A stretch of 64,000 nt of DNA from Candidatus Bathyarchaeia archaeon (GTDB lineage Archaea > Thermoproteota > Bathyarchaeia > Bathyarchaeales > Bathycorpusculaceae): the NCBI GenBank assembly GCA_038883775.1, contig JAVZLM010000007.1, forward strand, positions 32,001 to 96,000, given 5' to 3'. The notes under the pieces were generated by a model. That model searched no databases, was not told where the DNA came from, and saw nothing but the letters and a program-made list of their open reading frames with translations. The position numbers and the translations under genes were made by a program. Below, one piece after another: positions 9,498 to 19,538 of this stretch. Numbering within the stretch: position 1 is the first letter of the stretch; every line of letters starts with the position of its first letter.

Positions 9498-10307
9498 ATG
9501 GTTCAGCCAATGGAAATAATCTGTGTTGGAAATGAGTTGCTAATTGGCAAAACATTAAACACAAACGCCCAATGGCTTGCCAAACGTGTCACATCCATGG
9601 GAATTACTGTCAAGCGAATAACGGTTGTAAGCGATGATGTTGAAGAAATTGCTAAAGCCGTAAAAGAAGCCTTACAGCGAAAGCCTCGTTTTCTAATAAC
9701 AACAGGCGGTTTGGGACCAACCTTCGACGACAAAACCTTGGAGGGAATCGCTAAGGCTCTAAATTGCAAATTGGAAGTTAATGAGGAGGCTTTGAAAATG
9801 GTTAGAGAAAAATATGAGGCTTACGCCAAAGCTGGAAGAATTGAAAGGGTGGAGTTGACACCACCAATGGTAAAAATGGCAAGGCTTCCAAAAGGAGCGG
9901 AACCATTACCAAACCCTGTTGGCACGGCTCCAGGCGTAAAAATTGATGTTGAAAAAACATTTTTGATTGCTTTGCCTGGTGTTCCATCAGAAATGGAAGC
10001 TATTTTTGAGGGATCTGTTGCGCCTCTTCTAAAAGGGGAGGTTGGGGAGGCTGTGTTTTTTGAAACAAGCATTTACGCTGATAACATTATGGAATCTTCA
10101 TTAGCGCCATTGATTGATAAGACAATGCATGACAACCCTTACGTTTATATAAAATCTCATCCAAAAGGCGAAGAGAAAAAGCCGCACATAGAAATCCACT
10201 TTTCAACAACAGCTGAAAACTCTAAAATCGCCAAAGACCGCATTGGAAAAGCCATAATTCAATTATCAGAGCTTGTGCAGAAAAGCGGCGGAAAAATCAG
10301 AACATAA
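9498..10307 (+). CDS. CinA-like molybdopterin-binding-domain protein (NUDIX-independent pyrophosphatase family)
   Basis: EIICVGNELLIG...NTNAQWLA, TTGGLGPTFDDKT, NPVGTAPG, LPGVPSEM. Confidence 0.88.
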   Translation: MVQPMEIICVGNELLIGKTLNTNAQWLAKRVTSMGITVKRITVVSDDVEEIAKAVKEALQRKPRFLITTGGLGPTFDDKTLEGIAKALNCKLEVNEEALKMVREKYEAYAKAGRIERVELTPPMVKMARLPKGAEPLPNPVGTAPGVKIDVEKTFLIALPGVPSEMEAIFEGSVAPLLKGEVGEAVFFETSIYADNIMESSLAPLIDKTMHDNPYVYIKSHPKGEEKKPHIEIHFSTTAENSKIAKDRIGKAIIQLSELVQKSGGKIRT

Positions 10308-10323
10308 AGCGAATGTGAATAAA

Positions 10324-11102
10324 ATGCTTGCTGATTATCATATTCACACTGAGGTTTCGCTGGACGCCAAAGGCTCAATGGAGGAATATGCCAAAAAAGC
10401 AAAGCAGAAAAGATTAGTGAAATAGGTTTTTCAGAACACATAACATTCCACCACATTAAAAGGCGCCCTTTCGTACCCATAAATTCCGCTTACTTTCAAA
10501 ACTTCCTCAATTTAAAGGCTAATGCGGATTTGCCGGTGAAATTGGGCGCCGAAGTGGATTTCATCCCAAAATTTACTGAAAAAATTGAAGATTTTGTTAG
10601 AAAATTTCCTCTTGATTATGTTATTGGAGCTGTTCATTTTATTGGCGATTGTTCTGTTGATTCGCCATCACAAATTAACGAATACTTAAAAAGAGATATT
10701 CTAAAAACTTATGAGGAATATTTTAGTCTCGTCAAAAAATTATGCGAATGTCGGCTTTTCGACGTTTTGGCTCATCCAGACTTAATAAAAATTTTTGGAT
10801 TTAAACCAAAAACCGATTTCTCCCATCTTCTTAGGGAGGTTGCTGAAGCAATGGCAAAGTATAACGTTTGTGCCGAAATCAACACCAGCGGGTTGAGAAG
10901 ACCATGCAAAGAGATTTACCCAAGCGAACAATTTTTGAAAATATTACACAGCTACAACGTTCTCATAGTTTTTGGTTCATGGGCGTCTGAACCAAATGAA
11001 GTGGGTAGAAATTTCGAAGAAGCTAGAAAGTTAGCAAGGAAAATTGGTTATAGACAAGCTTGTGTTTTCAATCACAGAGAAAGGAAGATTATTGAAATCT
11101 AA
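10324..11102 (+). pseudogene. PHP-family histidinol-phosphatase-like gene, frameshifted
   Basis: ATG 10324 MLADYHIHT... stops early; the -1 frame continues ISEIGFSEH...LGAEVDF...GAVH...AHPD...EINTSG. One base is missing in an A-run near 10393-10411. The usual GSDAH motif reads GSWAS. Confidence 0.75.
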
Positions 11103-11170
11103 CTATTTTGCTATTGATCATGAGTCCATAAGAGTCATAAATTAGTAAAACAATAAATTTTGAGAGTAAA

Positions 11171-12331
11171 ATGAAAACGCCGATTTTAAGGAATCTCATA
11201 ATATTAATGATTCTGCTTGCATTGGTCTATTCGTTTCCATGTTGTTTAGCGGAAACTTACAGCATTTCCTATCAAATTTTAGATGAACCTGAAGGTTCAA
11301 CATATTATAGGTTAAATGTTGAAATTCAACAATCACTCTACGAGTATTATAGCGGGAAAAGTCACACTTTAAGCTCAAACGCTGATTTTGCAAAATTTGT
11401 TACGCCTTATTCATTGAAGCCCATTGCAGATAATCTTTGGAAAATTTGTTCCGACGATGAAGATTTCGCTAACGGTGTGTTAATGATTGTGCATCAAATA
11501 CCATATGAAATTACTGAACCGGCGAAATATCCAATAGAAACAATGATGGAAAATAAAGGTGATTGCGACCTCTTTTCGTTTATTGCTGCATCAATTATGA
11601 AAGCTGGTGGGCTTGATGTTGTGCTTTTATATTACAAGGATAAGATACACATGAATGTTGGCGTCAGCCTTTCCCATACACCTTACGATGCAAGAGGACA
11701 AATTTACTATGTAATTCACAACAACGTTAAATATTACATAGCTGAATGTACTGGTTACTTTCAAGACGGATGGAGAGTCGGCGAGTGCCCAGAGAGTTTA
11801 AAGCAAGCTTCTGTGGAAATTATTACTCTTGAAAGCTGTGAAACATGGTCTCCGGGACAAGTTTCTGCAAGCTACAAAACCTTAATAGCATCAACAATTT
11901 CCCTCACTGTATCGCCAACATACATTATAAGCCAAGGCACAGTTACACTCAATGGAGAAATTTCACCAGCCCTACAAAATAAAACCGTCACCATTTACAT
12001 AAGCGTGAACAATTCGCCCTGGAAAGTTTTAGGCGCAACCACAACAGATTCTAATGGACGCTTCACATACGTTTGGAATGTGGAAACTTACAGTGGAGTC
12101 TGTTTCATTCGCGCCAGCTGGTCTGGGGATTATGATTATGCTGGAGCAGACAGCCCAATACAGACAATAACGGTATTATCTATGTTCTTCGTTTTGTTGT
12201 TGGCAGCTACCATGATTTTGGTTTGTATGGGCATGATCATATTCGTCACTTCACGGCAAGCTCAGCCAAAAATGCCAGAACCCCTTCTTAACAGAAAAAG
12301 TTTTACCAAACAGTTAAAGCATTGGTATTAA
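11171..12331 (+). CDS. Secreted, membrane-anchored transglutaminase-like protein with an Ig-like domain
   Basis: Signal peptide; GDCD...HM...ECT putative catalytic triad; Thr-rich beta domain (TTTDSNGRFTY); C-terminal TM helix. Confidence 0.7.
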   Translation: MKTPILRNLIILMILLALVYSFPCCLAETYSISYQILDEPEGSTYYRLNVEIQQSLYEYYSGKSHTLSSNADFAKFVTPYSLKPIADNLWKICSDDEDFANGVLMIVHQIPYEITEPAKYPIETMMENKGDCDLFSFIAASIMKAGGLDVVLLYYKDKIHMNVGVSLSHTPYDARGQIYYVIHNNVKYYIAECTGYFQDGWRVGECPESLKQASVEIITLESCETWSPGQVSASYKTLIASTISLTVSPTYIISQGTVTLNGEISPALQNKTVTIYISVNNSPWKVLGATTTDSNGRFTYVWNVETYSGVCFIRASWSGDYDYAGADSPIQTITVLSMFFVLLLAATMILVCMGMIIFVTSRQAQPKMPEPLLNRKSFTKQLKHWY

Positions 12332-12347
12332 AAGTTAAGTGATAAAG

Positions 12348-13109
12348 ATGTTTACAGTTTTCATTATAGGGACAGCTGGCTCTGGAAAGTCTATGCTCAC
12401 ATCAGCCTTCAACGAATGGTTGAAGATGTCAAAACAAGATGTTGCAGTCGTAAACCTTGACCCTGGAGCTTTGACACTTCCATATACGCCAGACATGGAC
12501 ATTAGGGATTACGTGGACATTGAAAGCCTTATGGAAGAGTATGGTTTAGGACCAAACGGAGCATTAATAATGGCTGCAGATTTAATTGCAGACAAAATTG
12601 AAGAGATTTCCAAAGAAATTGAGGATTTAAGGTCTGACATAGTTTTGGTTGACACTCCGGGGCAGATGGAGTTATTCGCTTTTAGGGCAAGCGGACCCTA
12701 CATTGCCAGTGAGCTTACAAAGGAAAACAAAGCTATAGTTTACTTGTTTGACGCTGTTTTTTGCGTTAACCCGCTTAATTATGTTTCAAACCTTTTCCTT
12801 TCAGCCGCAGTCTACAACCGCTTCCTACTACCACAAGTGCATATCCTTTCAAAGTGCGATTTGCTTCCAAAAGAGGAAGTTGACAAGATTGTGGATTGGT
12901 CGGCTAATCCTAAGGCTTTGGAAAATGCCATCGAACAAAAACTTGAAGGAACCAAACGCTTACTCAGCAGAAACATGATGCTGGCAATTCACAAACTTGG
13001 TTTAAGATTTTTACTAATCCCAGTCTCGGCAAAAACCAACGAGGGAATGATAAACTTTAATATGGCATTGGAACGCATCTTGGCGGGAGGGGACAAATAT
13101 ACATACTAA
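12348..13109 (+). CDS. GPN-loop GTPase
   Basis: GTAGSGKS, VNLDPG, YGLGPNGA, DTPGQMELF, SKCD. Confidence 0.93.
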   Translation: MFTVFIIGTAGSGKSMLTSAFNEWLKMSKQDVAVVNLDPGALTLPYTPDMDIRDYVDIESLMEEYGLGPNGALIMAADLIADKIEEISKEIEDLRSDIVLVDTPGQMELFAFRASGPYIASELTKENKAIVYLFDAVFCVNPLNYVSNLFLSAAVYNRFLLPQVHILSKCDLLPKEEVDKIVDWSANPKALENAIEQKLEGTKRLLSRNMMLAIHKLGLRFLLIPVSAKTNEGMINFNMALERILAGGDKYTY

Positions 13110-13729
13110 TTAAGCAGAGCCCACGCTGCAGCTAAAGCCCCATGATGAGCTTTCTCAGGGGTATTGGCACTAACAATAATTATAACGTCATTTTCCTCGG
13201 GTTTAAGAAAACTCAAAATCTGACTTGCAGCTTTCGGGAAATCTTCAGCCACATTATTACTAACGGATGGAATGATTAAGCGTTGCCCCTTAAAAAGTAA
13301 TGTAGTGGCGCTTTTCGCGCCCACCATCACGGCAGCATCCCGTTGTTCCATGCCAGATTTAACTTTGTGCGCATGATTTTTTACTAAAATTGCAAAATTA
13401 TACTCTGCAAGCGTCAATTCATTTTTCTCAATCTCGATTTTCTCTTTAAAAATTGTCTTATACTCTTTCCATAGGCTTAAACCCTTTTTTGTAAGAAGGC
13501 AACCAGCCGTGGAGACCGTAATTAAACCAGCCTTTTGCAGTCGATTAATTATAGTACGTACAGCCCCTTCCCCAACCTTCAAATTTTCAGCCAACATGCC
13601 ACGACCAATAGGCTGTTTAGCCATAACGTCTATCGCATTTAATATGTGAAAAAGCGAAAAGGTTGGAGATGGACCTGGAGCTCTTTCGCTTGCTATTTTT
13701 TCTAAAATTTGCTTAAATGCGTGAGACAT
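13106..13729 (-). CDS. HTH protein of the DUF4443/DUF2111 type
   Basis: PIGRGMLAENLKVGEGAVRT HTH; GMEQRDAAVMVGA. Confidence 0.75.
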   Translation of the reverse strand: MSHAFKQILEKIASERAPGPSPTFSLFHILNAIDVMAKQPIGRGMLAENLKVGEGAVRTIINRLQKAGLITVSTAGCLLTKKGLSLWKEYKTIFKEKIEIEKNELTLAEYNFAILVKNHAHKVKSGMEQRDAAVMVGAKSATTLLFKGQRLIIPSVSNNVAEDFPKAASQILSFLKPEENDVIIIVSANTPEKAHHGALAAAWALLN

Positions 13730-13810
13730 GATTTCACAATTATAGATTAAACCATCAATTATTAAAATTATTATTGTTTTAACGCAAAGAGGAAAGGCTA
13801 GAATAGAAAT

Positions 13811-14218
13811 TTAGAATTTGCCTTTTGCATAATATTCTCTAACTATGCCTGCGGTCAGCGCTACTAAACCTACTGTTAATAGGTAGATGAGCGGGTAAAT
13901 GAATATTGAAAGCAAATTTTCGTAAGTGACCGATGGCAGCTGCGGAGCAAAGAAGATTGAAATCCAAACAATGACGAAAGTCGCAATGCACCCAATTCCC
14001 AAGCCTACAGAAAGCCCATGAATGAAACCACTTCTATCCTCTACTTGATTACTTTGGTGCGGGTTTTTCTGTTTCATCTCTTCTTTTGGTGTTGGCATCT
14101 CCTCTGCAGCTTGATATTCTTCTTGCTCCATTTCCTCTTGTTGGATTTCCTCTTCACTTGTTGCCTCTTGGAGTTCAACTTCTTGGGCTTCTTGTTCAAT
14201 TTCTTGTTCGGTTTCCAT
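13811..14218 (-). CDS. Hypothetical membrane protein with an acidic N-terminus
   Basis: E/Q-rich first ~50 aa followed by two TM helices. Confidence 0.75.
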   Translation of the reverse strand: METEQEIEQEAQEVELQEATSEEEIQQEEMEQEEYQAAEEMPTPKEEMKQKNPHQSNQVEDRSGFIHGLSVGLGIGCIATFVIVWISIFFAPQLPSVTYENLLSIFIYPLIYLLTVGLVALTAGIVREYYAKGKF

Positions 14219-14326
14219 AATATCCGCCCTTCATGTTTTTGTGTGGTCGTGAATTAATAAAATTATTCAATTTTAGATTCTTATTCAAAAACAGAATTTA
14301 AAATACATAAATCAGTCAAAATGTGA

Positions 14327-14593
14327 TTATTTTGAAACCAGTTTTGGCGCTAGTTGTTCTATGGCGCTTTTAAGTTTGTTCCATTCTTCTAAATTCCTTA
14401 TGTTAAACTTATGCTTTCTTTTCCAAGTTCCATTTCTGTTCTGCCACAAATACAAACCAATGGAACGCCTTCCAAAGGATTCGAAAACCACTATGGCCTC
14501 CCACCATTTTTCACTTTTGAAAATATTAACGTAATCAACAACCTTATAGAAACCAGATATGGGAAGCCTCTCCTCTGTCCCACTCAACAGCAT
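14327..14593 (-). CDS. Hypothetical protein
   Basis: 88-aa ORF with an AAGGTGA SD; Trp-rich beta pattern (WWEAIVV, LYLWQ, WKRKHKF). Confidence 0.75.
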   Translation of the reverse strand: MLLSGTEERLPISGFYKVVDYVNIFKSEKWWEAIVVFESFGRRSIGLYLWQNRNGTWKRKHKFNIRNLEEWNKLKSAIEQLAPKLVSK

Positions 14594-14651
14594 TCACCTT
14601 CCTTTCTAAAGTTTGACCTTCAACTATTTTAAGTGTTTTAACAATAGCATG

Positions 14652-15677
14652 CTATAAGCGCTGGAAAATTCCATCAACAAGAACGTTCATGCATGAGCCC
14701 TTTTTGTCAAAAACCTTTACAGTAGGCTTTGATACGAGAAAATCCATGTGGTTTTTGGATTTGTTCTTGCCGCCTGGCATGTCAGAGTTGTTGCCAAAGG
14801 CTATGTGAACCGTGCCAAACATCTTTTCCGCTTCGAGAAACTCTTCGACAAATCTTGCCTTCTTGTTTATTCCAAAAGCAAATTCCCCAACCACATCAGA
14901 CCACTCATCAGTGTTAAGAGAGTTCCTAATTCTCTCTAGTGTTGGCGAATCTTCAGAAAAAGAGCTTTCTACTTTGCCTTTATAGACAGTTAATTTAACT
15001 GGAGTTTTTAGTGGTCCTATTCCGCCAACAGCCATGTCGCATACTAATGTGCCTTCAAGGGAATCTTCCAAGGGAGCGACGATAACTTCGCCTGTTGGCA
15101 GATTCATCCATTTCATGGTCTCCCAATCAATTGCAGTGTCTGTATAGAAGGGTCTTCCTTCAACGTTTAAGGAAACTTTTGTGCCAGCAGGATTTATAAT
15201 TTCTATACGTGTCACATTACTCAATTTTTGAACCAGGGTTTTTGCAAAATTTTGCATTTCTCTATGCTCTTTAACTGTTAGGGCTAAGGCACCTTCTGTT
15301 AGCATGTCTAAGGTAACGCCTGGACAATGACCTAAGCGTGTTTTGCGTTCCGCAGTTTCCATTTTTATAAGTGCTATTCTGAAGGGTGTTTCTTCACGAG
15401 AACCATGGAGAAGGTTAATGTAAATGTCTGGTTTGTATTTTGTTAAAATTTCCATGATTTGTGGCGGAATTTCTTTTCGAAAAACATTCGCATTAGTCTT
15501 AAGCGGTATTAGTCTTGTTTGCAAACCAAGGTTTAGGGCGCCATTTGTAAAGGCTTCACCAACATCAAGCTTTTCATAATCACAAAAAACGATTATAGTC
15601 TCGCCTTTCTTAGCTTCTAATACGCATTCTAAAGCGTTTCGAGCTGCTTCCCAAGCTTTCATAAACTTAAGCTCCAA
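14652..15677 (-). CDS. M29-family (AmpS/T-like) metalloaminopeptidase
   Basis: NLPTGEV, GEFAFGIN, EAEKMFGTVHIAFG, HMD. Confidence 0.88.
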   Translation of the reverse strand: MELKFMKAWEAARNALECVLEAKKGETIIVFCDYEKLDVGEAFTNGALNLGLQTRLIPLKTNANVFRKEIPPQIMEILTKYKPDIYINLLHGSREETPFRIALIKMETAERKTRLGHCPGVTLDMLTEGALALTVKEHREMQNFAKTLVQKLSNVTRIEIINPAGTKVSLNVEGRPFYTDTAIDWETMKWMNLPTGEVIVAPLEDSLEGTLVCDMAVGGIGPLKTPVKLTVYKGKVESSFSEDSPTLERIRNSLNTDEWSDVVGEFAFGINKKARFVEEFLEAEKMFGTVHIAFGNNSDMPGGKNKSKNHMDFLVSKPTVKVFDKKGSCMNVLVDGIFQRL

Positions 15678-15732
15678 TCCTAACTAGAAATGGATGGTAA
15701 TAAGCCTTACAATCTAAATGAAAATTTTTATG

Positions 15733-16941
15733 CTAACAGGTTGGGATTTTTCCTTGTGCAAGCTCCATGCAGAATTTGTCTATGTTTTCAAGTTCATAAT
15801 TTAGCACGTCGCCTATTTCGCGCCTAACTTTTTCTATGGCGTTATTGCCCTTCATTATGACTTGGGCTGCCGCCACTTCCGGCTGGTCTATGGGGCTTCC
15901 GATTTTGCTCAGCAGCCAAATGTAAACTTCTTCAACTTCTGGCACTTCATCGTAAACGTGTTGGGCTATTCTATAGGTTAGAACATTGTAAATTTTCCCA
16001 ACATGGCTTACTGGGTTTTTGCCTGCTGCCGCTTCGGAACAGAATGGTCTGTTTAGGGATATTAAGCCGTTTACACGGTTTCCCCTTCCCACTTGCCCAG
16101 AGTCGCCGCTGTCTGCGCTTGTGCCCAAAACTGTTAGGTATAATCCTCCTAAGCCTCTTCCGCGAGCATCTAAAGTGTTTAGTTGAATGTTAACCGTTTC
16201 GAAGTCTGTGCTTGCCTTCACGAATTTTTCAGTTTCTTCGAGGATTCTTGCTTTCTTTTCGAAGTATTCTTCTTCGCTGTTTATGAAGCGGTCGACAAAA
16301 GCCATGGAGATTGTAAGGTTTAGGGCGTTGTTTACTCTGAAACCCATAACTTTTATGTCCTCGCCTGATTCGGGAAAACGCTGTTTAAAGTTTTGAGAGT
16401 TTAGAAATTTTTCTGTTTCCAAGACAATTTTTTCTGTTCTAGTCATTGGCGCATATCCAACAGCAGCGGAAGTGTCGTTGGCTCCTAAAACTTTTCCTTT
16501 TCGCCTAAAAATGTCCACAAGCCCAACGGAGCCGGGCTTCAGTTCCACCTGATATTTCAGATGCTTTTCAGGGTCTACAAAACGCATGTTCTTTCTGAAC
16601 CATTCTTTTGCAACACGTACAGCTATTTCTTTAACGTCTATTTTTGCACCGTTAAATTCTGATGTCGCTCTGTCGCCGAAAACAAAGAGCATGGGCTGTT
16701 TAACTATGCCTCCGCCAAATCTGGGTTCAGCCTCTCCAGCCACAAGGAGGGATTTGTCAACATTATGGTGAAGGATTGAACCCGTCTTTTCCAAGTATTC
16801 CTTGCTTAGGTTTATGGAAATTTGGTCCATTACAGCGTCGCAAATGTAATCTGGATGTCCAAGCCCTTTTCTCTCCACTATTTCTATGCGTTGCTTTTCA
16901 AGGGGCATCTGTTTTAGGTCTTCTACTATTATGTTCCGCAT
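15733..16941 (-). CDS. mat: S-adenosylmethionine synthetase, archaeal type
   Basis: [56 protein letters not shown]. Confidence 0.96.
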   Translation of the reverse strand: MRNIIVEDLKQMPLEKQRIEIVERKGLGHPDYICDAVMDQISINLSKEYLEKTGSILHHNVDKSLLVAGEAEPRFGGGIVKQPMLFVFGDRATSEFNGAKIDVKEIAVRVAKEWFRKNMRFVDPEKHLKYQVELKPGSVGLVDIFRRKGKVLGANDTSAAVGYAPMTRTEKIVLETEKFLNSQNFKQRFPESGEDIKVMGFRVNNALNLTISMAFVDRFINSEEEYFEKKARILEETEKFVKASTDFETVNIQLNTLDARGRGLGGLYLTVLGTSADSGDSGQVGRGNRVNGLISLNRPFCSEAAAGKNPVSHVGKIYNVLTYRIAQHVYDEVPEVEEVYIWLLSKIGSPIDQPEVAAAQVIMKGNNAIEKVRREIGDVLNYELENIDKFCMELAQGKIPTC

Positions 16942-17037
16942 GGTAAACCTTTCCGCTGTGAAGTTTATGGATGTATGCGTAAAACAAATATATAATTTAC
17001 TGTATTAATTTATAAAAGAAATAACTGGTGGTTATTT

Positions 17038-17571
17038 TTGGCAGTTACAGGCTCCCTCATTAGAAAGTTAAGATTAGATGCGGGCTTAACCCAGAAAAGG
17101 CTTGCAGAACTCGTTGGTGTATCCCAAGCCCACATAGCAAAAATAGAGCAGGGAAAAGTTGACCCAAGACTTTCCACAATCAACAAGATTTTGGAAGTTT
17201 TGACGGAAGGAGGGAAGAGGAAATGTAAAGACATAATGACTGAAGGCGTCCTTTTTGCAAGACCAAACAATAACATCTTAAAAATAAGCGAGATCATGGT
17301 AAGAAATGCCATTTCGCAGATGCCCGTGCTGAATGGAAACAGAGTTGTTGGAACAATAACGGAAGAAAGCATAATCAGAAACTTGAGTTCAAACATAGCA
17401 AATGAGAAAGTAAAAAACATTATGGGTCCGCCCTTGCCAACAGTGTCAGAAGAAATGCCAATAGACGCAGTTCGTAAACTGCTTGAGAGACATCAAGGAA
17501 TATTAGTGGCAAGAGGCAAAGAAATTGTGGGAATAATCACGCGTTCAGACCTCCTAAAAACAATAGGCTAA
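17038..17571 (+). CDS. XRE-type HTH regulator with a CBS pair
   Basis: GLTQKRLAELVGVSQAHIAKIEQGKVDPRLST; CBS motifs ISQMPV and GIITRSDLL. Confidence 0.92.
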   Translation: MAVTGSLIRKLRLDAGLTQKRLAELVGVSQAHIAKIEQGKVDPRLSTINKILEVLTEGGKRKCKDIMTEGVLFARPNNNILKISEIMVRNAISQMPVLNGNRVVGTITEESIIRNLSSNIANEKVKNIMGPPLPTVSEEMPIDAVRKLLERHQGILVARGKEIVGIITRSDLLKTIG

Positions 17572-17586
17572 AAAGGAGCGTTACTC

Positions 17587-18762
17587 ATGCAACTTCAAAA
17601 TTTTGAAAGAAAAGCAAATCAGGCAATTGCGGAGTTGAGGGCAAAAAAGCCCACAGAAGGCATAATAGTCCATCATGATGACGCTGACGGCTTATGCTCA
17701 GCAGCGATAACAAAAAGAGCCTTAGAACGGGAAGGAATAAAGCCCAAAACATTCTGCCTAGAAAAAGTTTACACAGAAGTCATCAAAGACTTACATTCAA
17801 GGAGTGGACAAACAATTTTTTATGTGGATATTGGCTCTTCGCACGCTGACATGATATCCGAATACAATAAGGGCAAAAACTTAACAATAATACTTGACCA
17901 TCACGACCCAAAACCAGCCACGGATCATCAAGTTTTTGATTTAAACCTTGAAAATTATGGATTTAGAGGCGAAACAGACTTTTCAGGAGCAACATGCTGC
18001 TACCTATTCGCAAAAACATTAAACCAAGCCAACATGGATTTGGGTTATTTGGCTTTAGTTGGAAGTTGTGAGATTCCGGAAGACTTTACGGGAATAAACA
18101 AGATGGTGTTAGAAGAAGCATGCAAGAATGGAATTGTTCAGCAGAGGGGCAAAAGCTTCGAAATAACCAAATTTAAAACACGCTTGGACTCGCTTTTCTC
18201 CAAACTTCAGATTTTGGGAGCCGTGGGATATTATGAGAAGGGCCCAGAAATTGGCGTAAACGCCTGCCTAGAAGGATTGAGCAAGGAAACTGAAGAACAG
18301 ATTAACGCCTTGGAAAATAAGCGTAAGGATGTTAACCGTCGCCTTTTGGGAAGGCTTTATCGTGAAAGGCTAAAGGAAACGGAACATATTCAATGGTTTG
18401 ACGCTGGAGACATGTACTCTGGCATGGGCACAAAAGTTATTGGACAATTCTGCTCTTTCTTGGCTTACCAAACACGTCTAATAAAACCTAACAAATACAT
18501 TTTAGGGTTTGTGAACGTCCCATCAGAAATCCCAAATTGGGGAAAACTAAAAGAAAAATTCGTTAAAGCTTCAGTTCGAGTGCCAAAAAATATGCAATCC
18601 TTAATCGATGAGGGAAAGCTTCCAGGCGCAGTAAACCTTTTGGATAAGGCTTCTGAGGGCTTTGGTGTTGCTGATGGGCATCAATACGCTGCAAATGTAA
18701 CAGTGCCTATTGATAAGAAACAAACATTAATTGAAAACGCTGAAAAAGCAATTAAAGACTGA
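17587..18762 (+). CDS. DHH-family phosphoesterase (RecJ-like)
   Basis: HDDADG, DIGS, LDHH, and DHHA1-like KASVR...DGHQYAA. Confidence 0.88.
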   Translation: MQLQNFERKANQAIAELRAKKPTEGIIVHHDDADGLCSAAITKRALEREGIKPKTFCLEKVYTEVIKDLHSRSGQTIFYVDIGSSHADMISEYNKGKNLTIILDHHDPKPATDHQVFDLNLENYGFRGETDFSGATCCYLFAKTLNQANMDLGYLALVGSCEIPEDFTGINKMVLEEACKNGIVQQRGKSFEITKFKTRLDSLFSKLQILGAVGYYEKGPEIGVNACLEGLSKETEEQINALENKRKDVNRRLLGRLYRERLKETEHIQWFDAGDMYSGMGTKVIGQFCSFLAYQTRLIKPNKYILGFVNVPSEIPNWGKLKEKFVKASVRVPKNMQSLIDEGKLPGAVNLLDKASEGFGVADGHQYAANVTVPIDKKQTLIENAEKAIKD

Positions 18763-19538
18763 TGAACCTCATGAGCGGACTTAATTTTAAATATGCAATT
18801 GTTCGACCAGTACCAAACTCTTATGACCGTTGCGTGAGGAATAATGTTGAAAGGATAGACGTTGCCCTCGCAAAAAAGCAGCATGCAGAATATTGCAAAG
18901 CGTTAGAGAGGCTTGGTTTGAAGCTTATTTGGGTGAAAGGTGATGATTCACTTCCCGACAGCTGTTTTGTGGAAGATACAGCCATAATAATTGGGGATAA
19001 AGCGATAATATGCAATATGAAAGTAAAGTCGAGAAGCCCAGAAGTAATTGAAGTTGCTAAAGTGTTAGAAAAATTAAAGGAAACTCACTATATTAGGCCT
19101 CCAGCCACCATTGATGGTGGGGATGTTCTCAAAATTGAAAACAAAATTTTTGTAGGGCTCTCAGAAAGAACTAACATCCAAGCTGTGCATCAAATTAAAA
19201 AAATTTTGAAAGAAAACTATGCGGAGATAGTTCCAGTGAGAGTTCAAAACGTGCTCCATCTAAAGTCTGCTTGTACCTATCTTGGAAATGATTATGTTAT
19301 TCTTTCAAAGGGACACTTTGATTTAGGCGTATTGCGAGGTTATGATAAAATTGTTGTTCCGAAAGGAGAGGAATACGCTGCTGATTGTCTCGCAATAAAT
19401 GGGACAGTTTTGATGGCTAAGGGCTATCCTAAAACTAGGAAAATGATAGAGATGGCGGGATTTTCTGTGAAAGAATTAGAGATGTCGGAATTTCGGAAGG
19501 GAGAAGGTGCCTTAACATGCCTCTCCATACTATTTTAG
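18762..19538 (+). CDS. Dimethylarginase/amidinotransferase-family protein
   Basis: PDSCFVEDTA, DGGDVL, LHLKSA, EFRKGEGALTCLS. Confidence 0.9.
   Translation: MNLMSGLNFKYAIVRPVPNSYDRCVRNNVERIDVALAKKQHAEYCKALERLGLKLIWVKGDDSLPDSCFVEDTAIIIGDKAIICNMKVKSRSPEVIEVAKVLEKLKETHYIRPPATIDGGDVLKIENKIFVGLSERTNIQAVHQIKKILKENYAEIVPVRVQNVLHLKSACTYLGNDYVILSKGHFDLGVLRGYDKIVVPKGEEYAADCLAINGTVLMAKGYPKTRKMIEMAGFSVKELEMSEFRKGEGALTCLSILF

Noticed and set aside
10391-10426. Programmed -1 frameshift or intron in the PHP gene
   Set aside because: There is no canonical X-XXY-YYZ heptamer in frame, no clear stimulatory structure and no inserted sequence. The catalytic motif is also degenerate.
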